Positions 52,254 to 62,998 of a stretch of 64,000 bases of DNA are shown here, piece by piece. The first letter of the stretch is position 1, and each line of letters starts with the position of its first letter. The position numbers and the translations under genes are program-made. Where the stretch lies: positions 367,331 through 431,330 of the forward strand of contig JAWBYA010000002.1 of assembly GCA_038867615.1 (NCBI GenBank), in the 5' to 3' direction. The stretch is from Sulfolobales archaeon. Lineage in GTDB: Archaea > Thermoproteota > Thermoprotei_A > Sulfolobales > AG1. The notes under the pieces were generated by a model. The model searched no databases. It saw nothing but the letters and a program-made list of their open reading frames with translations, and had not been told where the DNA came from.

Positions 52254-55200
52254 ATGGTGGGTTTGGTTGGTGTGAGATCCAGGATCTTCTCTATAGTCTT
52301 TCTAGCCCTCCTAGTAATATCCTTCTCATACAACCTAGGCTTTGCAACCATATCAACTGCAGACTCACTTATAAAAGAGACCCTAAGAGTTAGAAAAGAG
52401 GTTATAATACCCCTAGGGAGAGAATCATACAAACCACTCGACTATATCCACAGAACACTACTCTACCTAGAAGATCCCTCTAGAAACGTATCATCCCTAC
52501 TAGGAATAATAGGCAAACAAGACCCCGAGGGAAAAAGACTGGGATGGGATCTAGCAATACCCCTAAAAGACAGAAAATTCATAGTCATAAAAACCGAGAT
52601 CCTCGAGGATAGATGCTACATATACTACACACTCTACAACGACTACACAGACGAGGTCGAGAGAACCCATATATATCAAGCAGACCCGATACTATGCTCC
52701 TACGACTATGGCTATTATAGAAGTAATAAAGAAAGAGCCGGGTTATCATATGTCGTGCTAAGCAACTACACAATAGCTCTAATAACAAGAAACCCATCAC
52801 TCACAGGGATTGTTGCAACGCCTGGCTGGAGCAATGACACCTCTTATATGAAAAACTTTAACAGGGATAATGTCCTCGTGATCCTAAAACTAGGCGATGA
52901 GAAACCCGAGGCCAGGGTAATAATACCAGGATCTTCAGCTTCAGACTCGGTTTTAGGAACAGCTAACGAAAATATATACTACTCTAGCTCGCTAGGATAC
53001 TCAGCAATCTCTATCAGCAGGCTCTCTCCTTATATATATCAGAGATATTATTACTGGGTCGATATATCCTCAGGTTCGGAAACAAACAACGATGTAGATG
53101 TGCAGTATAGGAGCAGGGGTGTTGCAATGCTAAGAGTTTATAACAACATGAGCCTAGAGGTAAACCTCTTCAGACTTGTCAGAAACGATAGCATAGGTTT
53201 TTACGGCAAGGTTATTAGGACAAGCGATGGTGGTTATCTACTAGCCGGCAGCAGTGGTTTCCTACGAGATGGTTATAATCGTGATGATTGGAATAGGTGC
53301 AGATTCTATGTTGCTAAGCTCAACAGCTCCATGGGGCTTGAATGGCTTAGGAATTACTATGTGAATCTAACAGCATACTACGAGGATCTAATGGATATAG
53401 CGTCAAAGAGCTGGGGTAATAGAAGTCAGGCATACGTTACAGCCTACCAAGCCTATCAAGAGATCCTTAAGCTCGATCCAAGTGTGAGGGCTAAGCTTTG
53501 CGGAGGCCTCTTGCTCTATCAATATGCAGCAGGGCTGGCGAGTATACCGATGATTGCCCCGGTTGATAACTACTACCCCCATGTCAGGGAGGTGAGGACT
53601 GGCAACGGATCTATACTGGGGTATTTGATAGGCACCAATATAGGTGGAGCACCATATGGTTTCGGAACATACCCCGGGGGATATTATTATGGATATGTAG
53701 CCTTCATGATAGATCCTAGGGGTAATGTGGTCTGGAATGTTCTTCTAAGCAATGGTGCGGGAACCCAGCTGTATTATCTGGAGAGACTAGGGAGCGATCT
53801 GGCTGTGATGGGTATCACGGGGGCTACTGCTTATGGTCCCTATGGTCAGTTCGGTTTGATCAATATGAGCAGCGGTGTTTTCACAACATCATGGTATGAT
53901 CCTGGTGTATGGGATTCTATTGATTTCAGGGCTGCTGCCTCAATGATCCTTTGGGGCTATGGTAGGGCTGTTGAGACCGAGGATGGTGATGGCTATCTAT
54001 ACACAGATCTTGGTGAATGGCAGTTTAAAGATATTTTTAGTGGTTATGGTCTTGAGATTGGCTATGCTAGGAAGAGCGATCTCCTTGCGATCTTCTCAAA
54101 CGTGAGGAGCTTCTCCTTCAAGAAATGGGTTATAAGTGAAGAGATTCCTGAAAGTGTTGCCAACATAAGTGTTAAGAGCTACAGCCCCCTGGTAGTCGGG
54201 GAGGATGGTGTCACAATACCTAATACATCGTATAAAATAACACTATCCAACCCCAATATATTAAGGATAAAATACCTAGGAGGAGACTTCAAACTTGAAA
54301 CTATATTCAGATACCCACAATACCTCATGCCAGGCTACGAAGGATTCAGATCTCTCCCAACAGGGGCTGGCATAGATACTAGGGATACCACTATTTATAG
54401 CAGCGATGGTTTTATAGCAGCATCCAATCTCTTCCTAACAACCATTGATCTAGGATCTGTTAAGGTGGGGGATGAGGTCACCTATAAGATCGAGGGTATA
54501 AAGCTCACCAAACTAGGCAAACCCCTATCGGAGAAAATACTCTCAGGAGGGTTCAGAGATATAGCATATTCTTCTGAGGGCTTCACAATCCTTGGAGGAA
54601 ACTTCTCAAAAGCAGGGTATAAGGAGAGATTCATCCTCGACGTAAAGTTAAAGCCAAACGTGGCAGGACCAAGAGCCTACACACTGAGACTCCCGGCCGA
54701 GAGCCTCTACCCGCCCAACAATCCTAGCAAAAGCCCACCAGTAACGCTATACGGCTATAGAGTCCTATTCATAGGCCAAGTAACAAACTATGTAGCTATA
54801 ACAAACCACAGCTCCTATAATATCAGCATAAAATACGCCATCTCAACAGCAATAACAAGCCCCCCACCAACTGCAAGGGTAGGCGTACCAACACCATATA
54901 ACTTCTACATAACAAACGTAGGTAATATAGAAGCAGTATTCATATACGCATTCCTAATGCCATTCTACATGAGAGCCCAGAGCGTCCTAGGAGCAGACCT
55001 CTACCTAATCCCAAGAGAGGTTGAAGACGGAGACATGGTCGCACTAGCAGCAATCAAAATACCACCAGGAGGTATGAGAACAATACAAGTAATAGCAGTA
55101 GCACCAAGCAACTATATATATGAATTCAACCCACAAGGATCCTGGAAAGGATTCTCAATATCGATCAGCGGAGCAGGCTTCACAAACGGCTACAACCCAC

Positions 55201-58200
55201 TCCCAGTCCAAGTAGCAACCCTACCCCCAGACCTATGGAACAACCTAACAAAGAAACATAGAAACAACATACCAACAATATTCAACGAATCAATAGAGAT
55301 AGGGCTAGAACTTGAGGAGAAATTCTTCGACGACCTTATAGATAGGTGGTGGAGTAACAGCTCAGAAGCCTCAAAAATAGTGAAAGACCTAGCCATGTTG
55401 GAAGACTCAGGCACCTTTGGGAAAAAACTAGCGGAAGCTATAACAAGCAAGTTTTATAGAAAACAGATATGGAGCTACGTAGAGGATTTTAAGAGAAATG
55501 GGAGACCCGGCGGCTTCTACACCTCCCCCCTCGATATAGTGCATGAAGAGACTGTGTATAGATATAACAAGGTGCTTGACAAAAACCCAGAGCTCCTTAC
55601 AACAAGCAGAGGATCCAAACTGCCGATAAACATAGAGATGATCGTAGAGGTGTCTCAGAGCTATAGCTTTATGCAGCTACTCTCAAAAGCAGTGAGCCCT
55701 AAGTATAGCTACATACCAGTAGCTATCGAGAACACACCACAATCAGCATCCCTCCAAACACCACAACAAGGAGCAGGATCATCATCCACAATCTCACACC
55801 TCTCCCTCGGAAGCGCATTCAAATCCCTTTCCTCCATCGCACTCCAAAGCCAGGGCCAGGGATCCACAGTGATAGGCTATATGGATGCAATGACAAAGAA
55901 CTGTCTAGACCTCTATGCAAAGTTCGGGATAAAAGCAGCCCTACTCAGCCCCGAAGAAATCCGCAAACTCAATGAGGCCCTTAAAAACCTACCCATATAC
56001 AAAGACCCCGACGCCCTTGCCCGCTACCTAGTTGACAAGATCCTCTCAGCCATTTTCTCCAAGAGAGCAAAACTAGTCGAGAAATACGGCACAGCAGACC
56101 CCTCACTGATCCTCCAAATGGCTCTAGAGAGGTTAAAGACCAACCCCAACGACCCAGTGGCGCGGGATATGGTGAACGAAGCCATCGACCTTCTAAAAAG
56201 CACAAGCCTAGAGAACCAGTTATACTACTTACTCAAAGGCACCCCTATTTTTGTCCAGGCTACTGCCCAGGGCTTGGATGAAGCCGCCAAGACTCCCCTG
56301 ATGGGCCTGTTAACAGGCATATTATCAAGCGCACTTGACACCGTCCTAGTTGGTTATCTCGATAACAGCGGCGTCTCAGCAGTCCTAGCTAGGTACGGGA
56401 TCTATGTAGGGGGTTCTGAGTACGCCTACAAGGGAGACCCAGGCGTTATTCTCTATAATATGGCTAGCATCGGTATAGCATTATACGACCTAGGCAGCTT
56501 CGCCAAATCCCTACCCGAGGATCTGGTAAAAGCTGGTACCATGTATACGGCTAGCACTAAGGGTATCGCTGTGCAGTTTGGTAAGCTTGCAGACGAGCTT
56601 GATCTCAGCAACACCAGGATCCTTTCGGTGAACGAGATCTCTATAAACAGCCTGGAGGACTCCTTGATCAAAATACTCTCACAGCGTAAGTGGGGAGAAG
56701 GTAGCGAGGATATTCTGAAAAGTATCTTCAGCGAAGCCGCCGCTACAAGCCAGCTCAAGGATCTAAAGAAGGTTGGCGATAAGAAGGTTGTGAGTAAGAA
56801 TGGATACGAGATCTTCGAGCAAAGCTTGAAGAAGGCTAAAGGAAACATTATTATAGATGTTAGAAGTTCCGGCGGTGTTGAGTCCGCAGGAGGCTTCACG
56901 ATCACACTGTCCAGGCAGGCTGACGATACACCAACACTCTCCATAGTATCGAGTTCAAGCGTCGCCAAAACAGTTGAGATCGATGGCGATACGATCAAGC
57001 TCTCCGACATTACTATTTACAAGAGCATCCTGCCCGGTCCGAAGAAAGAGATTATCCCCTACGCCTACTCCCAGAGCGCAGATACCTTCTTCATCAGTGC
57101 CGATGAGGTGAAAGACTATGTGAAGTATATAAAATCCAGCGACCCCAACTACAGAAAGATTAAATATCTCATGGATAAGCTTGGAGAGAATAAGATGGCT
57201 GCGATCTCCCAGTACCTAGATTTCCTAAGAAATGAGGGTAAGGTTGATAACTACGCCATAGAAGCCCTTAAGTTCTATGGCTTCTATAAAAAACTCCTCT
57301 CCCTCGATCAAGACGCGATCTCTCCAGAACTGTTGAAAGCATTTAGAGATAAATACGGCGACAAGGGGTGGGAAGAGGTTTTCCAGAGCCTTATGATAGA
57401 GGGTAATTTCAAGGAGATCCTTGACTGGGGGAGTAGGCTTGGCCTCAGCCCAGACAAGATCAACGTAAAGACACTTAATAATAAAGATATCAGTAACCTT
57501 GTCAAAACCCTAACATCAGGCAACGATCTAGGAAGCATTGATGCTCTAGACCCTGCAGAGCTGGCGAAAAAAGCCTACGAAACTCAATCCTCCCTCGATC
57601 AGCTTGGATCATCGCTAGAAGCTCTCATCAATAATCCATTACTATCAGGTGGTGATGTAAATGCATATATAAGCCTCCTCAAGGCTGCCGCAAACTATAG
57701 AGGTAAAACCCTAGAGGATTGTGCAAAATATAAACAAGTTGGGAAGGAGGGGGATACTGTTAACCTTAGAATAGGTGATAACATCTACACACTCAAAATA
57801 GCCAGAGATCCTGACAAGGCTCCTATGAGATCCTCTTCTGTGAGGATCATAGCCTCCAGAGATCCCAACCAGGTTTCTGTAACACCCGAGAGGTTTATAA
57901 GGCTTCCAGGCCAGGAGCTCAGTATACTTGCTGAGTTTGAGAACTATGCAAATGCTAGTGCTGAAGCCGTGAATGTCACCGTGAACCTCGTGATCAAGGG
58001 ACCCGTAGATCCGAGATCTGTAGAGGTTGTTGACGTTAGTAGGAGGGATGCATACATATCATGGTCAATAAACACCTCCACCGGATCTATAGTGTATAGA
58101 ATCATCTTCGAAAACATAAACCTACCACCCAATAAGAAACCCCCAGAGGGTCAGGGCTGGGTCCTATTCAAAGCAAAAACACTAGACAGCATAAAAACAG

Positions 58201-58784
58201 GAGACACCATCGAGATCTACGCCGACATAGTATTCGACTACAACCCACCCCTAAGAACCAATATCATAACACTCCTAACAGATCTAGAACCTCCTAAAAC
58301 GATCCTTACGAATACCAGGATCGATGGAAAAACACTCACAATAGAAGCCCAATGCACAGACACAGGATCAGGATGCCTCGAAACCCTAATAACCCTCAAA
58401 AACACACAAGGCTTCGAAAGAAACTTCGCAACAAACACAACAACAGGAACTATAACCCAAACAATAGATCTAAGCAATATAGAGCCAGGAAGCTACACAA
58501 TAACAATAATATCAAAAGACGCCGCAGGAAACATCGAGAGCAAGAACACACCAGACACAACAATAACAATACAGAAGCAAGAAACAATAACACCAATAGC
58601 AACAAAAACCATAACAACAACACCTACAATAACAACAACACAATCCCCGACGCAAACACCAACCCAGACAACAAAACCCGAGGACGGAAAGCCGCCAATA
58701 GATATAATGATAGTAGTAACAGTAATAATCCTAGTAGCAGCCGGTATCGCCATATATATGGTTAAGAGGAAGAGGATAGGGTAG
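52254..58784 (+). CDS. Giant (~2175 aa) membrane-anchored surface protein: propeller-like N-terminus, Ig/DUF11-like domains, helical insert, SRDPN-initiated Ig-like domain, Thr stalk, TM
   Basis: ATG after GAGGTG SD; signal peptide; TSDGGYLLAG and IDPRGNVVW blades; ITNVGN; NLPP..PPEGQGWV.F...ADIVFDYNPP.TN; TM followed by KRKR. Confidence 0.8.
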   Translation: MVGLVGVRSRIFSIVFLALLVISFSYNLGFATISTADSLIKETLRVRKEVIIPLGRESYKPLDYIHRTLLYLEDPSRNVSSLLGIIGKQDPEGKRLGWDLAIPLKDRKFIVIKTEILEDRCYIYYTLYNDYTDEVERTHIYQADPILCSYDYGYYRSNKERAGLSYVVLSNYTIALITRNPSLTGIVATPGWSNDTSYMKNFNRDNVLVILKLGDEKPEARVIIPGSSASDSVLGTANENIYYSSSLGYSAISISRLSPYIYQRYYYWVDISSGSETNNDVDVQYRSRGVAMLRVYNNMSLEVNLFRLVRNDSIGFYGKVIRTSDGGYLLAGSSGFLRDGYNRDDWNRCRFYVAKLNSSMGLEWLRNYYVNLTAYYEDLMDIASKSWGNRSQAYVTAYQAYQEILKLDPSVRAKLCGGLLLYQYAAGLASIPMIAPVDNYYPHVREVRTGNGSILGYLIGTNIGGAPYGFGTYPGGYYYGYVAFMIDPRGNVVWNVLLSNGAGTQLYYLERLGSDLAVMGITGATAYGPYGQFGLINMSSGVFTTSWYDPGVWDSIDFRAAASMILWGYGRAVETEDGDGYLYTDLGEWQFKDIFSGYGLEIGYARKSDLLAIFSNVRSFSFKKWVISEEIPESVANISVKSYSPLVVGEDGVTIPNTSYKITLSNPNILRIKYLGGDFKLETIFRYPQYLMPGYEGFRSLPTGAGIDTRDTTIYSSDGFIAASNLFLTTIDLGSVKVGDEVTYKIEGIKLTKLGKPLSEKILSGGFRDIAYSSEGFTILGGNFSKAGYKERFILDVKLKPNVAGPRAYTLRLPAESLYPPNNPSKSPPVTLYGYRVLFIGQVTNYVAITNHSSYNISIKYAISTAITSPPPTARVGVPTPYNFYITNVGNIEAVFIYAFLMPFYMRAQSVLGADLYLIPREVEDGDMVALAAIKIPPGGMRTIQVIAVAPSNYIYEFNPQGSWKGFSISISGAGFTNGYNPLPVQVATLPPDLWNNLTKKHRNNIPTIFNESIEIGLELEEKFFDDLIDRWWSNSSEASKIVKDLAMLEDSGTFGKKLAEAITSKFYRKQIWSYVEDFKRNGRPGGFYTSPLDIVHEETVYRYNKVLDKNPELLTTSRGSKLPINIEMIVEVSQSYSFMQLLSKAVSPKYSYIPVAIENTPQSASLQTPQQGAGSSSTISHLSLGSAFKSLSSIALQSQGQGSTVIGYMDAMTKNCLDLYAKFGIKAALLSPEEIRKLNEALKNLPIYKDPDALARYLVDKILSAIFSKRAKLVEKYGTADPSLILQMALERLKTNPNDPVARDMVNEAIDLLKSTSLENQLYYLLKGTPIFVQATAQGLDEAAKTPLMGLLTGILSSALDTVLVGYLDNSGVSAVLARYGIYVGGSEYAYKGDPGVILYNMASIGIALYDLGSFAKSLPEDLVKAGTMYTASTKGIAVQFGKLADELDLSNTRILSVNEISINSLEDSLIKILSQRKWGEGSEDILKSIFSEAAATSQLKDLKKVGDKKVVSKNGYEIFEQSLKKAKGNIIIDVRSSGGVESAGGFTITLSRQADDTPTLSIVSSSSVAKTVEIDGDTIKLSDITIYKSILPGPKKEIIPYAYSQSADTFFISADEVKDYVKYIKSSDPNYRKIKYLMDKLGENKMAAISQYLDFLRNEGKVDNYAIEALKFYGFYKKLLSLDQDAISPELLKAFRDKYGDKGWEEVFQSLMIEGNFKEILDWGSRLGLSPDKINVKTLNNKDISNLVKTLTSGNDLGSIDALDPAELAKKAYETQSSLDQLGSSLEALINNPLLSGGDVNAYISLLKAAANYRGKTLEDCAKYKQVGKEGDTVNLRIGDNIYTLKIARDPDKAPMRSSSVRIIASRDPNQVSVTPERFIRLPGQELSILAEFENYANASAEAVNVTVNLVIKGPVDPRSVEVVDVSRRDAYISWSINTSTGSIVYRIIFENINLPPNKKPPEGQGWVLFKAKTLDSIKTGDTIEIYADIVFDYNPPLRTNIITLLTDLEPPKTILTNTRIDGKTLTIEAQCTDTGSGCLETLITLKNTQGFERNFATNTTTGTITQTIDLSNIEPGSYTITIISKDAAGNIESKNTPDTTITIQKQETITPIATKTITTTPTITTTQSPTQTPTQTTKPEDGKPPIDIMIVVTVIILVAAGIAIYMVKRKRIG

Positions 58785-58831
58785 AGCTATTCTTACAATG
58801 CTTTTTCTCTCCCTATATATTATTTTATTTG

Positions 58832-58915
58832 GCGGGGGTGCCCGAGCGGGTCAAAGGGGGCGGACTTAAGATCCGCTGGCGTAGGCCTGCGTGGGTTCGA
58901 ATCCCACCCCCCGCA
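58832..58915 (+). tRNA. tRNA-Leu(UAA), intronless
   Basis: GCGGGGG/CCCCCGC acceptor; GCGGA-CTTAAGA-TCCGC; variable arm. Confidence 0.97.
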
Positions 58916-59019
58916 CTTGGAGCTAGCTAAACCTATAGTGCTCCTGGATCTCCGTCTTCATAGCTCTCTGGTGTTATATGTTAATATGGCTTCTTACACT
59001 ATATAGTCTCCGGTGGGGC

Positions 59020-60444
59020 TTGCTGAGGCTCTATAACACTCTTACCAAGCGTGTCGAGGAGTTTGTTCCATCTTCTAGGGGTTATGTCAAGGCTTATTTC
59101 TGCGGCCCTACTCCTTACGATTATTTCCATCTAGGCCATGCTAGGGCCTATGTTTCGTTCGATATCTTGAAGAGGTTTTTGATGGTTAAGGGTTATAGTG
59201 TTATCCATGTGCAGAATATAACGGATATTGATGATAAGATTATTAATAGATCCAGAGAGCTCGGGATCTCTTGGAGAGAGCTTACTGATATCTATACGAA
59301 AGATTATCTAGACGCTATGAAGCTCCTCAGGATCTCTATAGATCTTCACCCGAGGGTTACGGACCATATAAACGATATCATAGCATTCATCCAGGGGCTT
59401 ATAGAGAAGGGTCATGCATATGTTGCCGAAAGCGGCTCTGTCTATTTCGATGTATCAACATACCACGACTATGGGAGGCTGAGTGGTAGGGGTTATTCTG
59501 AGGAGTGGAGGCAGGAGGAGGAATACCTGTCTGAGAAGAGAAACCCGTATGACTTCGCATTATGGAAGGCTGCAAAGTCTGGGGAGCCTTACTGGGATTC
59601 GCCGTGGGGGCGTGGAAGGCCTGGGTGGCATATTGAGTGTAGTGTTATGAGCTCTAAATATCTTGGAAACGAGATCGATATACACGGCGGAGGCCAGGAT
59701 CTAATATTCCCACACCACGAGAATGAGAGGGCTCAGAGCGAGGCTTATTTCGGAAAATCCCCTTGGGTTAGATACTGGTTCCACGTAGGCTATCTAACGA
59801 TCTCTGGTGAGAAGATGAGCAAGAGCCTCGGCAATATAGTCACATTCAAAGAAGCATCCTCTAAATGGGGCGCCGAGGTTATAAGGCTATGGATAGCCTC
59901 TGCAAGCTATAGGAAAAGCCTTGACTATAAAGAGGAGGCTCTCGAACAGGCAAGAATAACCTATAGAAGGATTGTTGAGGCCCACCAGCTCCTCAGATCC
60001 ATAGTTAGGGAGAGGGGGGTTGAGCACAGCCTGGGGGAGAAGGATATAGAGGTTTGGATGGGGCTATCGAGGACATGGGAGAGTTTTCTAACAGCGTTGG
60101 AGGATGATCTAGACACGCCGAGGGCCATGGCAAGCCTCCACGAGCTATTATCGATAATCTATAGTAATGTGATCAGGAGGGATAGCGGCTCCCTAGCTCT
60201 CAAAGCCCTCTCGGTGCTCGAAACAATGGATAAGATTCTAGATGTACTGCCAAAGCCTGAGCAGAGATCTATTATTGCGAACATAGATCCCGAGGACCTT
60301 GTGAGACTCCTGGTCGAGGTGAGGCAGAGGCTTAGGCAGAAGAAGATGTACGAAGAGACAGACTGGATTAGAGAACAGATGATGAGGCTAGGCATAAAAC
60401 TCCTTGATGAAAAGGATAAGACTAGGTGGGTTTATACTTCCTAG
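59020..60444 (+). CDS. cysS: Cysteine--tRNA ligase
   Basis: [45 protein letters not shown]. Confidence 0.97.
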   Translation: MLRLYNTLTKRVEEFVPSSRGYVKAYFCGPTPYDYFHLGHARAYVSFDILKRFLMVKGYSVIHVQNITDIDDKIINRSRELGISWRELTDIYTKDYLDAMKLLRISIDLHPRVTDHINDIIAFIQGLIEKGHAYVAESGSVYFDVSTYHDYGRLSGRGYSEEWRQEEEYLSEKRNPYDFALWKAAKSGEPYWDSPWGRGRPGWHIECSVMSSKYLGNEIDIHGGGQDLIFPHHENERAQSEAYFGKSPWVRYWFHVGYLTISGEKMSKSLGNIVTFKEASSKWGAEVIRLWIASASYRKSLDYKEEALEQARITYRRIVEAHQLLRSIVRERGVEHSLGEKDIEVWMGLSRTWESFLTALEDDLDTPRAMASLHELLSIIYSNVIRRDSGSLALKALSVLETMDKILDVLPKPEQRSIIANIDPEDLVRLLVEVRQRLRQKKMYEETDWIREQMMRLGIKLLDEKDKTRWVYTS

Positions 60445-60727
60445 TCCTCTTCTCCTTAGCAATTTTCCTAATACTCTTCTCGAGATCGGGGTTTTCAGCT
60501 ATAATCTCTAGAGGGGAGTTATCCTCGGAAACCATGTTCTTCTCTCTCAGAAACTCCACCATATATTTAATATCGACGGAATCAAGCTTAACAGGATCCA
60601 CATGTCCTCCGAGCTTTATGCTAAGCCACCTTATAAACTCATCTAGAAGGCCGGCATTAACTATTATCGAGATCAAATCCTCCTTAACCAAGTTTTTAAG
60701 CCCGCCCTCATCCGACACTAAGGGCAC
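60422..60727 (-). CDS. Hypothetical protein
   Basis: 101-aa ORF with upstream TATA (TTTATAC); basic C-terminus. Confidence 0.5.
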   Translation of the reverse strand: MPLVSDEGGLKNLVKEDLISIIVNAGLLDEFIRWLSIKLGGHVDPVKLDSVDIKYMVEFLREKNMVSEDNSPLEIIAENPDLEKSIRKIAKEKRTRKYKPT

Positions 60728-61379
60728 CAGCCTCTAAGATAAAACCTTGGGAGTATAAATAGGTTTCTCAACAGATCTTAAACCTTAGCCAACTATCCCA
60801 GATTTCGTATTACGCCACAAATCGACATGGATTCTTGGTTAGGGAAGTATATGGGGATCTAGGAAGATATGAGAAACCGGTGATCAGTCATAACTCTGGG
60901 ATAGAGAACATATAAACCCGCAATGCTAGGGAACTATAAGTGAATGTTTAGATGAGATGTCGAGAGGATTATAGATATTGCCAAACTAAGAACAACTTGC
61001 ATGAGGTTCTGAGTCCGGTTAGAAATTAATAATACTAACCATTACCTAAATCTTGAAGATGCAGGAGCTAAGCTAAACATAGTATTGTATGTTGATAGAA
61101 ACACCACGTAGGGGTTATAACTATGGGTAAAAACTATGGAAAACTCATTAAAGTCCCGCGAGATTGCTAATAGACATAAATCTAAGATACAGTAGATTCG
61201 GGAGTTTCTCATCAGCACCCCGCTTATGAAGATCTATAAAGATGGTTGGAAGAGAGACACCCCGAACAAGTAGAAGCAGGGGATAAATCCAATGATAGGG
61301 GCTCCCGAGGCCCAGAAAGTAGTGAAATGAGCTACCGATATCAAAAGATATCAACCACAACGCGGGGAAATCCTAACCC

Positions 61380-61634
61380 CTACTCAGGGATCAGAGTCGA
61401 TATGAGTACCAAGACCAATCCTAGCGAGAACATCATGAGAGCGAAATAGTGTGGTCTTTGTCTTAAAGCATAGATGCCAAGCTTATATGTGCCATAAAGG
61501 GCATATGAGATTATCACAGCCCCAACTATCACTAGCCCTGCATATAACATGATATCCTTAGTACTAGATAATACCCTGACGAACGAGCTTAGTATGTTTA
61601 TCACTTCAGATGACATCAGTAGCATTGCTTCCAC
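61380..61634 (-). CDS. Small two-TM membrane protein
   Basis: Hydrophobic helices; divergent from the sRNA at 61695. Confidence 0.55.
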   Translation of the reverse strand: MEAMLLMSSEVINILSSFVRVLSSTKDIMLYAGLVIVGAVIISYALYGTYKLGIYALRQRPHYFALMMFSLGLVLVLISTLIPE

Positions 61635-61691
61635 CGTTTATTATCATCAGAGAGGGATCTATATAAAAGCTCGCCCCCACATACTATTCAT

Positions 61692-61744
61692 GAGATGATG
61701 AGGGTTAAAAGCGGTGATCGGTGAGCTAGCCCAGCATCCTGATA
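61692..61744 (+). ncRNA. Box C/D sRNA; D' guide complementary to the tRNA-Lys(UUU) anticodon loop
   Basis: C ATGATGA 61695, guide GGGTTAAAAGCG, D' GTGA 61714, C' TCGGTGA, D CTGA 61739; TATATAAA at ~61660. Confidence 0.8.
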
Positions 61745-62619
61745 GATAATAATATTAGCAAATATTGCTACATAGATAGAACCAAGATCGGGTTGGTTTT
61801 TAACTGCTTTTAAACCATGCACAAATACCCGGGCAAATATCACCAATAAAGACCAAACAGTATTATACCCGGTATGCATGAATCGAGCTTGCCATACACT
61901 ATAGAGAGCAGAGTATATCAATACTAATATCCACATCAATGGCGTCTCTGCTACGGGAGACTAGAGACAATACTGCCTAACTGTTAATCCCAAGACAGCT
62001 CTATAATAAATGAAACAATAGATCCGTTTGGGGTGGTTAAAGACCGCAACTTAGATCTAAAATTGTTTCCATCATCTAAAATTATCCTTTAGCTATACCC
62101 AAATTACCATAGAATAATGGAAGATGCATTTCAACCGCCCAGAGCTAAGCCCCTACGAAAAGAAACCCGGTGCTATGAAAGCTAATACCACTTAGGAGCA
62201 ATTATGATTCTTTCTTCAAAAACTAGATCATCAATCGATATTCATTGATTCCTATACATATACTGCACCTATATACCCATGATCTCTAAGAAAACATTGT
62301 AGCATAGTAGTCTGCTGTTTGTCCCTGAATATAGAAGAACATAAAGGAGTATCAATAAAAATCAAAGGATCCCAATATCGTCCATAGAAACCTAGGGATC
62401 CCAATAAGTTCGTGAGCTACTATTGAGCCCGACAACATAGAACCCAGCCTACCAAGAGATAACCCCCAGAAGGTTGAAGCAAGCCCCCAACCCCAGAGGA
62501 ATCAAGGGGTCAATACCGTAAAACAAGCCATCCCAAGAACAAATATCAAAAAGCCTCAAATCTCCTTCCAAACGGCAAAAATAAAACAGCCCTATAGTAT
62601 ATTTGTTATTAGAGAGCGG

Positions 62620-62675
62620 CGTATGAGGAGGAATCCGGGATCTGATTATGTGATGAGTAAAATGCTTGCTGAACG
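62620..62675 (+). ncRNA. Box C/D sRNA candidate
   Basis: C ATGAGGA 62623, 12-nt guide, D' CTGA 62642, C' GTGATGA 62650, 12-nt guide, D CTGA 62669; CGT/ACG terminal stem. Confidence 0.75.
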
Positions 62676-62998
62676 TTGATATGAGCATGCTATAATGCTC
62701 TATCCAAATATCTATAAGACAGCCTAGATAATATGCTCAATAAACCTGTACTGATGAACCCGACCCAAAAGAAACCAAGCTCAGCACCATTGATAACGGT
62801 TAGGCCCTTGTGATCGCAGAGCATAGCTATATACTATTCAGCTCACCATAAGGTCTGCATAGTGATCTATAACGCTAATTGACTGAAGCTTGTGGATAGA
62901 TCTTGCAAGCTTGAAAGTCTGTGATTGTATATTGGTCAAGAATATATTGAGCTATAATCTCTCATATATATGGGGCAAAGCTTTAAGGGTGTGTTTTC

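Noticed and set aside
51780-58915. Integrated element between tRNA-Ser and tRNA-Leu
   Set aside because: No integrase and no duplicated tRNA 3' end (att site) visible; only a single large gene.
61785-61820. GATCGGGTT...TAACTGC as a third operator copy
   Set aside because: Not palindromic and no TATA box at the matching spacing.
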